Assembly (NCBI GenBank): GCA_016930715.1
Contig: JAFGGC010000002.1
Coordinates: 126,059-190,058 of the forward strand
Reading direction: 5' to 3'
Length of the DNA: 64,000 bases
Source of the DNA: Endomicrobiales bacterium
Lineage (GTDB): Bacteria; Elusimicrobiota; Endomicrobiia; Endomicrobiales; JAFGGC01
The stretch's first letter is position 1; every line of letters starts with the position of its first letter. The translations under genes were made by a program, and so were the position numbers. Shown here piece by piece: positions 27,711 to 35,305 of this stretch. The notes beneath the pieces were generated by a model. That model made no database searches, was not told the DNA's origin, and was given only the letters and a program-made list of their open reading frames with translations.

Positions 27711-28184
27711 ATGAACCCGGAAATCAGGAAAAAAATAGTGAAAACAGCCGTCACGGTGCTTTTGTGCGTGATTGCCGTGTACGGGCTGGTCTATATTGAC
27801 GTGGTTATGAGGGCGAGGAGCGCGTACCTCGAGGGTGAAAAGTACTTGTCCTGGCACGAGAACCCGTCCCTCAAGAAGGCGGAGATAGAGAAAAAATACG
27901 AGAAGGAAAGGCAGAACCTTGAAAAACGGCTGAACAAAGATAAAATAACGAAAGACGAGTACGAACAGAAAATGCAGGTGCTTGGGCTCAAGAAATCCGA
28001 ACAGCTCAGGGAAAGTTCCGTCAAATACGCTTACATATGGTACCAGACGGCGGTGGAGCTGTTCTCTCCGCCCGAATCGAAGTGGGTAAAGCTTTCAAGG
28101 GAAAAAATGGAAAAAGCCAAGGATATGTGGAAGAAGGAGCTCAGGGCAAAGAAGATACCTTTCGAAGATTACATGATAGAATGA
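27711..28184 (+). CDS. Hypothetical N-terminally membrane-anchored coiled-coil protein
   Basis: AAAGGAG RBS then ATG 27711. TM TAVTVLLCVIAVYGLVYIDVV followed by a Lys/Glu-rich helix. The ORF-track start 27636 overlaps the previous gene and lacks an RBS. Confidence 0.6.
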   Translation: MNPEIRKKIVKTAVTVLLCVIAVYGLVYIDVVMRARSAYLEGEKYLSWHENPSLKKAEIEKKYEKERQNLEKRLNKDKITKDEYEQKMQVLGLKKSEQLRESSVKYAYIWYQTAVELFSPPESKWVKLSREKMEKAKDMWKKELRAKKIPFEDYMIE

Positions 28185-28185
28185 C

Positions 28186-29997
28186 ATGAAAAGAACCGTA
28201 AACGACGCAAATGAAATAGAGGGGCTAAAAAACGGGATTTCCGACTGGCTGAACAAGAGCACTAACGGCCAGCTGAAAGACCTGTCCTTGAACGTGTCGG
28301 AGGTTACTGCCTATCCGAAATGTTCAGTCAAAACGCGTTTTCTTTCCGAAACAAGGACCGTCGTCAAGTTCACGAAAACCGGAGATGAGAACGTCACGAC
28401 GCAGAAAGCGCCTTCAGGCGACATCGACCCGTGGTCGGTAAAAGACGAAACCGCCGGCGGAGAGGTAAACTACAGGCGTCTCGTGGAGATAGAATCTAAA
28501 ACGGAAGTCTCGCAGTGCAAGACGTGCTCGGGAAGCGGAAAACTGCCCTGCGGTGAATGCCAGGGCCAGGCGACGGTGTACTGCAAGGCCTGCCGCGGCG
28601 ACGGCAAGACGGTTTGCCCGAAGTGCAGGCGCTCGGGCAAGGTATACTGCCCGAAATGCGAAGGCAGGGGTCGCGTGTTTTCCGAATCGAAGCAGGAATA
28701 CGAGACGTGCCCCGACTGCCAGGGCAAGGGCAACATCCCCTGCTCGGAATGCACCGGGGGAGTGATAATATGCTCCGCGTGCGAGGGTAAGGGCAGGATC
28801 CCGTGCGCTGATTGCGGCGGTACCGGCACAAAGCAGTGCAAGGACTGCTCAGGTGTGGGAAAAATAACTTCCGGCTACGGGATAGAGATAATACGAACGC
28901 CTCTTGAAGAAAAGAAGGACGTGCCGAACGATGAACTTCCGGCGGAACTGACCGCGGGAGCCGTGTACCGGAACGCGGTATCCCAGCGGAAGGTCCTGGA
29001 CGCGGGCAGCGGCGAATCGCTCGAACAAGGGATCTCCGGAGAACCCGAGGAGCTTAAAGGCATAATACGCGCGGCCGCGAGTTCCAGCAAGGACTCGCCG
29101 GACACGAAGGTGGTACAAAAGGAAGTCCTGCTCGAAGAAAAGCTTATGTACCGGGTAGCATGCAGGTTCGGCGAGAAGGAAAGGACGTTCTGGGTCTCGA
29201 AAGGGGAAAAAGGCGTCAACTGCGACAAAGACCTGATAAGCCAGATTTACTCGGACAGTCTGGCCGAGATAAAATACGCGTTCCAAAAAGGCGATGTGGC
29301 GCGGGCGGATGAGCTGATGGAGAGCCTTGGCAAGGTAAAGGCGCTAGAGGTCGAGATAAAGAACATAAAGAAGTCTGAAACAAAAAGGTCTCTTGCCGTG
29401 TACATGTCGGGTTCTTTCGCCGGGCTTGCCCTGTTCTCCTGCGCCGCGCTGCCGGTGCTGTACTCTTGGAAGTCCGGGAGCCCTCATGTCGCGACGATGC
29501 TTGTGATGTCTTCGGCGTTCAATGTCGCGGTCGCGGTGTTGGCCGGGCTGGCGATGTTTCTTCTAAACTTGAAGAATCTTAAAGGGACATTGAAGAAGGC
29601 CTGCGCGGGCGCGCTGGTTTCGGTAGTGCTTCTTTCGGCCGCGTATATTGTCCTATACATCAACAAGGTTGACCCCGCGAGGGGGATGGACACCCAGACT
29701 ATTGAGAAGGAATACAAGCAGTATTTTCCGTTCGGTTTGAGGACGCTCGCCAGCAGTGAAGACATAGATTTTCTCGAAAGCCTCTTAGCCAAGTACGAAC
29801 CGACGGGCGTTGACCTTTCGAAATATGAAAAAGACCTCGCCTGGCTCAAGGGCAAGCTGCACAAGGACGAGGAACAGCTCAAGAGCATCGAGGCGACAAG
29901 GAAGCAAATAGAAGGCATGCAGAACAAGAAAAAATCCAGGAAGGCCAGGAAGTCTTCCGGAAGAAAAAAACGAATAATCATAAAGTCCGCGCAATGA
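28186..29997 (+). CDS. Membrane protein with array of ten CxxC (DnaJ-CR-like CxxCxGxG) zinc knuckles and ~3-4 TM helices
   Basis: Residues 111-225 hold ten CxxC knuckles: CKTCSGSG, CGEC, CKACRGDG, CPKC, CPKCEGRG, CPDCQGKG, CSEC, CSACEGKG, CADCGGTG and CKDCSGVG. Hydrophobic helices lie at ~404-500. Basic tail KKKSRKARKSSGRKKR. Confidence 0.7.
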   Translation: MKRTVNDANEIEGLKNGISDWLNKSTNGQLKDLSLNVSEVTAYPKCSVKTRFLSETRTVVKFTKTGDENVTTQKAPSGDIDPWSVKDETAGGEVNYRRLVEIESKTEVSQCKTCSGSGKLPCGECQGQATVYCKACRGDGKTVCPKCRRSGKVYCPKCEGRGRVFSESKQEYETCPDCQGKGNIPCSECTGGVIICSACEGKGRIPCADCGGTGTKQCKDCSGVGKITSGYGIEIIRTPLEEKKDVPNDELPAELTAGAVYRNAVSQRKVLDAGSGESLEQGISGEPEELKGIIRAAASSSKDSPDTKVVQKEVLLEEKLMYRVACRFGEKERTFWVSKGEKGVNCDKDLISQIYSDSLAEIKYAFQKGDVARADELMESLGKVKALEVEIKNIKKSETKRSLAVYMSGSFAGLALFSCAALPVLYSWKSGSPHVATMLVMSSAFNVAVAVLAGLAMFLLNLKNLKGTLKKACAGALVSVVLLSAAYIVLYINKVDPARGMDTQTIEKEYKQYFPFGLRTLASSEDIDFLESLLAKYEPTGVDLSKYEKDLAWLKGKLHKDEEQLKSIEATRKQIEGMQNKKKSRKARKSSGRKKRIIIKSAQ

Positions 29998-31370
29998 ACT
30001 CTGAATATCTCTTTTCGGAAAAAGAAATCACCAAATTCAAGATCGGTAGGGTAATAAAACGCGACGGCCGCGTCGTGGCGTTCAACAAAAACAAGATAAC
30101 CGATTCCATATTCCGCGCCGCGGTCGAGGTCGGAGGGGCCGACAGGGCCCTGGCTGAATCCCTCGCCGGCAAGGTGGTAAAAAAGATAAACGAGGCATAC
30201 AAGAAAGACTCCCTTCCGTCGGTCGAGGAGATACAGGATATAATCGAACGAGTGCTCGTCGAGAACGGCCACTACAAAACGGCCAAGGCCTATATCCTGT
30301 ACAGGGCCGAGCACCAGAGGATGCGCGAGGAAAAAACGGCGCGTATCGTCGTCGAGGACAACATTCCCTACAAGACCCTGTGGAAGGTGTTTAACTGGAA
30401 CGCCGAGCACGGCTGCGAGACCGTGGAAAAGTTGAACGCGCACATAAGGAACGGGACATACGGAAAGCTGGTTTCCGAAGCGGAGGCGTACTACCACAAC
30501 GAGATAAAGTCGGTGGCCGAAAAAATAGCAGGACAGGCCGGCAGGGTGCGGCTCGTGATAATTTCCGGGCCGTCTTCTTCGGGAAAGACTACGACCACGA
30601 TAAAAATAGGCGAAAGGCTGAAAGAAAAAGGGCTGTCGCTCGCGGTGCTGAACCTCGACAACTACTTCAAGGACATAGACGAGCACCCGAAGGACAAGTA
30701 CGGCGACCACGATTTCGAAACTCCCCAGGCCCTCGACCTGCCCCTGATAAACGAACACCTTTTCAGGCTGCTTAACGGCGAAAAGGTCGCAATGCCTGAA
30801 TACGATTTCATGACGGGCAGAAGGAAACTCGGCATTAAAGAAATGAGGCTTAAACAGGACCAGCTGCTCCTCATCGACAGCCTGCACGGGCTCTACCCCG
30901 AGATGACATCGAGCGTCCCCCACGAGATGAAATTCAGGTTCTACATCGAGGCGCTCTGCCAGATAAAGGACAAGAGCGGCGAGTTCATGAGGTGGGCGGA
31001 CTTAAGGATGATGAGGAGGATGGTCCGCGATTCTCTGCACAGGGGCTACAGGCCCGAGCAGACCGTCGGGCACTGGCACTACGTCAGGCGCAGCGAGATG
31101 AAGAACATAGTGCCTTTCATAAACAAGGTGGACTACGTTTTTAACGGGGCTCTGCCCTATGAGCTTCCCGCCTACAAGAGCCACCTGTGCGGCAGCATAC
31201 GGGACATAGTCAGGAAGTTCGAAAAGGACCCGGGAAAGCTTGACGCCTGCATGCGCGCTAAAAGGGTGGGGGCACTGCTGGACGAGGTCTTGGAGCTTGA
31301 GGATACCGGCGTAATACCGAAAAACTCTCTGCTCCGCGAGTTCATCGGGGGAAGTTCGTACAAGTATTAG
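29994..31370 (+). CDS. ATP-cone domain fused to uridine kinase/phosphoribulokinase-family nucleoside kinase
   Basis: The N-terminus VIKRDGRVVAFNKNKITDSIFRA...AKAYILYR is ATP-cone-like. P-loop ISGPSSSGKTTT and a Udk-like core (LNLDNYF, LLLIDSLHGL). ATGA overlap with the previous gene. Confidence 0.75.
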   Translation: MNSEYLFSEKEITKFKIGRVIKRDGRVVAFNKNKITDSIFRAAVEVGGADRALAESLAGKVVKKINEAYKKDSLPSVEEIQDIIERVLVENGHYKTAKAYILYRAEHQRMREEKTARIVVEDNIPYKTLWKVFNWNAEHGCETVEKLNAHIRNGTYGKLVSEAEAYYHNEIKSVAEKIAGQAGRVRLVIISGPSSSGKTTTTIKIGERLKEKGLSLAVLNLDNYFKDIDEHPKDKYGDHDFETPQALDLPLINEHLFRLLNGEKVAMPEYDFMTGRRKLGIKEMRLKQDQLLLIDSLHGLYPEMTSSVPHEMKFRFYIEALCQIKDKSGEFMRWADLRMMRRMVRDSLHRGYRPEQTVGHWHYVRRSEMKNIVPFINKVDYVFNGALPYELPAYKSHLCGSIRDIVRKFEKDPGKLDACMRAKRVGALLDEVLELEDTGVIPKNSLLREFIGGSSYKY

Positions 31371-31374
31371 AAGT

Positions 31375-32520
31375 TCATTCCGACAGTTTCTTCAATATCT
31401 CTTCCGCGAAATCCCTGGCCGCCTTGGGGCCGTTGGCGGTTATAATTTGCCCGTCAACTTCCACCGGTTTGCCGGTGTAATCCGCTCCGCCGTTTATAAG
31501 GTCGTCCTTGCCTGATTCAAAAACAGTAGCCTTCTTGCCTTTTAAAACGCCCGACCTTGCGATTATAACAGGCGCTATGCAGATGGCCGAAACCAACTTG
31601 CCTTTTTCGGACATCTCTTTGGCCACGGCCTGCGCCTTGGCGTTGTCGAAAAGCACCTTCGCTCCGCCTCCGCCGACGTAAACGACCGCGTCATAGTCGG
31701 CACTGTTGATATCGTCGATCAGAAGGTCGCTGGTAGCTTTTCCGCCTTCAATGCCCGTTATCCCGCCTTTTTTGAGGCTTGCCGTGACGACTTCCGCTCC
31801 CGCGCCGCTCAGTATTTCCCTGGGCACGAAGTATTCGTGGTCGCGGAACTTCTCGGGCGCCACGATTATCAGTATCTTCTTTCCTTCGAGAGCCTTGGTT
31901 TTTTTCTCCATCTTGCCCTCCTTGCCGCCGACCCGCTCTATTGCGAGATGTTTTATCAATATGTCTTTTACCGGTTTGTCCCTCATGCCTTTTTCCACCC
32001 TGGCTATCTTGTTCACTAATTCCTGGCCTTCGACCACCTGGCCGAATATCGTGTGCCTGCCGTTTAGCCACGGGGTGGGGACTTCGGTGATGAAGAACTG
32101 CGAGCCGTTGGTGCCGGGCCCGGCATTTGCCATGGCCAGCCTTCCGGGCCGGTCAAAAGCGAGAGATGGGACAATCTCGTCCGCGAATTTGTAGCCCGGA
32201 CCTCCGGTGCCCATGCCGAGCGGGCATCCGCCCTGTATCATGAAGCCGGGAATGACCCTGTGGAATATCAAACCATCGTAGAATTTATGCTTGGTCTTCT
32301 GGCCGGTCTTGGGGTCCGTGAATTCCCTGGTTCCTTCGGCCAGACCTATGAAGTTTTCAACTGTTTTAGGGGCCTCTTTGTCGAAAAGCAGGCACACTAT
32401 CCTGCCCATAGAGGTCTCGAAGACCGCGTACGTGCCGGGCGTGTCCTTCCAGGCCGCGAAAGAGACGCTGGCGGCCGTCATCAGCGCGAAAGACATCAAA
32501 AAAAGCTTGCCAAGATCCAT
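31375..32520 (-). CDS. Secreted cyclophilin-type peptidyl-prolyl isomerase fused to DJ-1/PfpI domain
   Basis: Signal peptide MDLGKLFLMSFALMTAASVSFA. Cyclophilin motifs FHRVIPGFMIQGGCP and GTNGSQFFIT. C-terminal DJ-1/PfpI with nucleophile elbow SAICIAP. Start set at ATG 32520, preceded by AAAGGAGG. Confidence 0.8.
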   Translation of the reverse strand: MDLGKLFLMSFALMTAASVSFAAWKDTPGTYAVFETSMGRIVCLLFDKEAPKTVENFIGLAEGTREFTDPKTGQKTKHKFYDGLIFHRVIPGFMIQGGCPLGMGTGGPGYKFADEIVPSLAFDRPGRLAMANAGPGTNGSQFFITEVPTPWLNGRHTIFGQVVEGQELVNKIARVEKGMRDKPVKDILIKHLAIERVGGKEGKMEKKTKALEGKKILIIVAPEKFRDHEYFVPREILSGAGAEVVTASLKKGGITGIEGGKATSDLLIDDINSADYDAVVYVGGGGAKVLFDNAKAQAVAKEMSEKGKLVSAICIAPVIIARSGVLKGKKATVFESGKDDLINGGADYTGKPVEVDGQIITANGPKAARDFAEEILKKLSE

Positions 32521-32632
32521 GTTGCTGCCTCCTTTTAGGTGTGTTTTTAAGCCTTTTTCATTATACAAATTTATGAACAAAATACAAACGGAATTCAAGT
32601 TGTGTTGGAGCGCGGTTCCGGGCCGTTTTATC

Positions 32633-32661
32633 TTGACTAAACACTTCTAATAGGATATAAT
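32633..32661 (+). promoter_or_regulatory. Sigma70-type promoter for the ABC ATPase gene
   Basis: TTGACT (32633-32638), 17-bp spacer, TATAAT (32656-32661), located ~50 nt upstream of ATG 32710. Confidence 0.55.
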
Positions 32662-32709
32662 TCTCTGAGTCAAAAAACGGCCGAAAAAACAACAGGGAGG
32701 CGCGTATAA

Positions 32710-33813
32710 ATGGCGAGGGTTTTACTCAATAAAATATGGAAAAAGTTCGGGGATACCGAGGTCGTCAAGGATTTCAACCTTGAGATACCAGACAAGGAGT
32801 TCTGCATACTGGTCGGCCCCTCGGGCTGCGGCAAGACGACCACGCTGCGCATGGTGGCCGGGCTTGAGGAAGCGACGTCCGGCGACATATATATCGGAGA
32901 CAAAAGGGTCAACGACCTGCCCCCGAAGGACAGGGACATCGCCATGGTTTTCCAGAACTACGCCCTTTATCCTCATATGACGGTCTACGACAACATGGCT
33001 TTCGGCCTGAAACTGAAAGGATACTCCAAAAAAGAGATAGACCAGCGCGTCCGCGAGGCGGCGGATATTTTGAGCATAGGCCACCTTCTCGACAGGCGGC
33101 CGAAACAGCTTTCCGGGGGCCAGAAGCAGCGCGTGGCAGTGGGTCGGGCCATAGTAAGGAAGCCGAAGGTTTTCCTTTTCGACGAACCGCTTTCGAACCT
33201 CGACGCGAAACTCAGGGTCCAGATGAGGGCCGAGCTCAAGAAACTCCACGAGAGGCTTCAGAGCACCATGATATACGTGACGCACGACCAGACCGAGGCA
33301 ATGACAATGGGCGACAGGATATGCGTAATGAAGGACGGCGTCATCCAGCAGGTTGACGGGCCCTTGAGCCTCTACGACAAGCCGACGAACAAATTCGTCG
33401 CCGGTTTCATAGGCAGCCCTCCGATGAACTTCGTCGAAGTTGAAGTTCTCTCGAAGGACGAGGACGTTTACCTCAACGAATCGATGTTCGAGCTCAAGCT
33501 TCCGAGGCCGATGAGGGAAAACGTCCTGCCGCACTGCGGCAAGCGGATGATACTCGGCATGAGGCCGGAGGACATATACGACAAGCTTTTCTACACGATG
33601 GGCCCCAAGGACGGCAACAGTTTCAGCGCCACGGTCGACGTGGTCGAACCGCTGGGCAGCGAGATATTCCTCCACTTCAACACGGGAAGGAACACTATGG
33701 TCGCCAAGGTCGATTCGCACAATCAGGCCAAGCCCAACCAGGTGATAGAGATGGTCGTCAACATGAACAAGGTTCACATTTTCGACATCGAAAACGGCCA
33801 GGCCGTAATTTAA
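32710..33813 (+). CDS. Sugar-type ABC transporter ATP-binding protein (MalK/UgpC/MsmX family), no adjacent permease
   Basis: Walker A GPSGCGKTT, signature LSGGQKQRVAVGRA, Walker B FLFDEPLSNLD, and a C-terminal MalK-like regulatory domain. Confidence 0.85.
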   Translation: MARVLLNKIWKKFGDTEVVKDFNLEIPDKEFCILVGPSGCGKTTTLRMVAGLEEATSGDIYIGDKRVNDLPPKDRDIAMVFQNYALYPHMTVYDNMAFGLKLKGYSKKEIDQRVREAADILSIGHLLDRRPKQLSGGQKQRVAVGRAIVRKPKVFLFDEPLSNLDAKLRVQMRAELKKLHERLQSTMIYVTHDQTEAMTMGDRICVMKDGVIQQVDGPLSLYDKPTNKFVAGFIGSPPMNFVEVEVLSKDEDVYLNESMFELKLPRPMRENVLPHCGKRMILGMRPEDIYDKLFYTMGPKDGNSFSATVDVVEPLGSEIFLHFNTGRNTMVAKVDSHNQAKPNQVIEMVVNMNKVHIFDIENGQAVI

Positions 33814-33829
33814 TTAAAAGGATGCGCAT

Positions 33830-34243
33830 ATGCATTGGTCATTCTGGGTTATAGCGTCGGTGGTTCTGTTGATAGTCGAGATAATCACGCCGGGGGCTTT
33901 CTTTTTCGCGTGTCTCGGCATCGGAGCGGCGGCGACCGCGCTCGTGTCGGTATTCAAGCTGGGTATTTTCATTGAAGTGCTGACTTTCTGCGCCGCGAGC
34001 ATACTCTCTATTTACATGATACGCCCGATAGCCAAGCGGTTCTTTGTCGTTTCAAGCCAGAAATCGAACGTTGACGCCCTCATAGGCGAAAAGGTCCAGG
34101 TCACGGAGAAGATAGACCCTCCGAACCACGGTTTCGTGAAGGTTCAGGGCGAGCTCTGGCGCGCGGAGTCGGACGCGAAGCACGAACAGGGCGAGATGGT
34201 CGAGATAACCGCCGTAGAAGGGACAAGAGTTAAAGTCAAATAG
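33830..34243 (+). CDS. NfeD-family membrane protein
   Basis: Three N-terminal TM helices plus the C-terminal OB-like motif GFVKVQGELWRAES...GEMVEITAVEGTRVKV. Confidence 0.75.
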   Translation: MHWSFWVIASVVLLIVEIITPGAFFFACLGIGAAATALVSVFKLGIFIEVLTFCAASILSIYMIRPIAKRFFVVSSQKSNVDALIGEKVQVTEKIDPPNHGFVKVQGELWRAESDAKHEQGEMVEITAVEGTRVKVK

Positions 34244-34263
34244 ACACCCTATACGTCAGGGTG

Positions 34264-34370
34264 TTGATTACACAAATTGAAAAAGAGATTACACAGATTA
34301 ATAGAGTAAAACCACCTGAAGTCGACACGCCCGAATCAGTGTAATCGGTTTTAGGAATCCGTGTAATCAA
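34264..34370. repeat. Palindromic intergenic element built from GATTACACA sub-repeats, copy 1
   Basis: GATTACACA at 34266 and 34287 (21 bp apart). Its complement GTGTAATC at 34339 and 34361 (22 bp apart). The outer arms 34264-34273 / 34361-34370 pair perfectly (10 bp) and the inner arms pair 8+4 bp. Confidence 0.8.
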
Positions 34371-34384
34371 AAAGGAGTCAATTT

Positions 34385-35272
34385 ATGATGCCGCCGGGCT
34401 TAATTGTAGTATTGGTAATCATCGCGGTAATTTACGTTACGAGGGCGCTCAGGATTGTCCAGCAGTCCGAAAAGGGGATAGTAGAGACCCTCGGGCAGTA
34501 TTCAAGGACCGTCGGTGCCGGCCTTGCGGTAATATTTCCGCCCTTTCAGCGCCTGAGGATAGTGGATATGAGGGAGCAGGTCATCGATGTTCCCCCGCAG
34601 GACGTTATCACGAAAGATAACGTCATGGTCACGGTTGACGCCGTCATATACTTCCAGATAACCGACCCGGTAAAGGTCGTGTACAACGTGGCGAATTTCG
34701 GCCTGGCGTCCCTCAAGCTTGCGCAGACCAACCTGAGGAACGTGCTCGGCGACATGGACCTGGACTCGACGCTCACGTCGCGCGAAAAGATCAACAACCA
34801 GCTCAGGCTGGTGCTCGACGAGGCGACCGACAAGTGGGGCGTCAAGGTCACGAGGGTGGAGATACAGAAAATTGACCCGCCGCGCGACATAACCGACGCG
34901 ATGTCAAAGCAGATGAAGGCGGAACGCGAAAAACGCGCCGCGATACTCGAGGCGGAGGGATTGAGGCAGGCCGCGATTCTCCGGGCCGAGGGTTCGAAGC
35001 AGTCAGCCATACTTGAGGCCGAAGGGAAGGCCGAGGCCATACAACGCGTCGCCGACGCCGAAAAGTACCAGATATCCGTGGTCTATGACGCGATACACAC
35101 GGGCAGGCCCACGAACGACCTTATTGCCATAAAATATCTCGAAGCCCTGGAAAAGGTAGCCAACGGCCAGGCGACTAAAGTGTTCCTGCCTTTGGAAACC
35201 ACCGGCGTGCTCGGGTCCGTTGCCGGTATTACCGAATTGTTCAAGGGAAAAGAAGCCAAGGAAAAGAAATAG
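34385..35272 (+). CDS. SPFH/band-7 (stomatin/QmcA-like) protein
   Basis: N-terminal TM. SPFH pattern VVYNVANF...LRNVLGDMDLD. C-terminal AEGxxQAAILxAEG repeats. Confidence 0.85.
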   Translation: MMPPGLIVVLVIIAVIYVTRALRIVQQSEKGIVETLGQYSRTVGAGLAVIFPPFQRLRIVDMREQVIDVPPQDVITKDNVMVTVDAVIYFQITDPVKVVYNVANFGLASLKLAQTNLRNVLGDMDLDSTLTSREKINNQLRLVLDEATDKWGVKVTRVEIQKIDPPRDITDAMSKQMKAEREKRAAILEAEGLRQAAILRAEGSKQSAILEAEGKAEAIQRVADAEKYQISVVYDAIHTGRPTNDLIAIKYLEALEKVANGQATKVFLPLETTGVLGSVAGITELFKGKEAKEKK

Positions 35273-35305
35273 CAGCTATCTCGAACTGACTGTTAAAACC
35301 TAATC

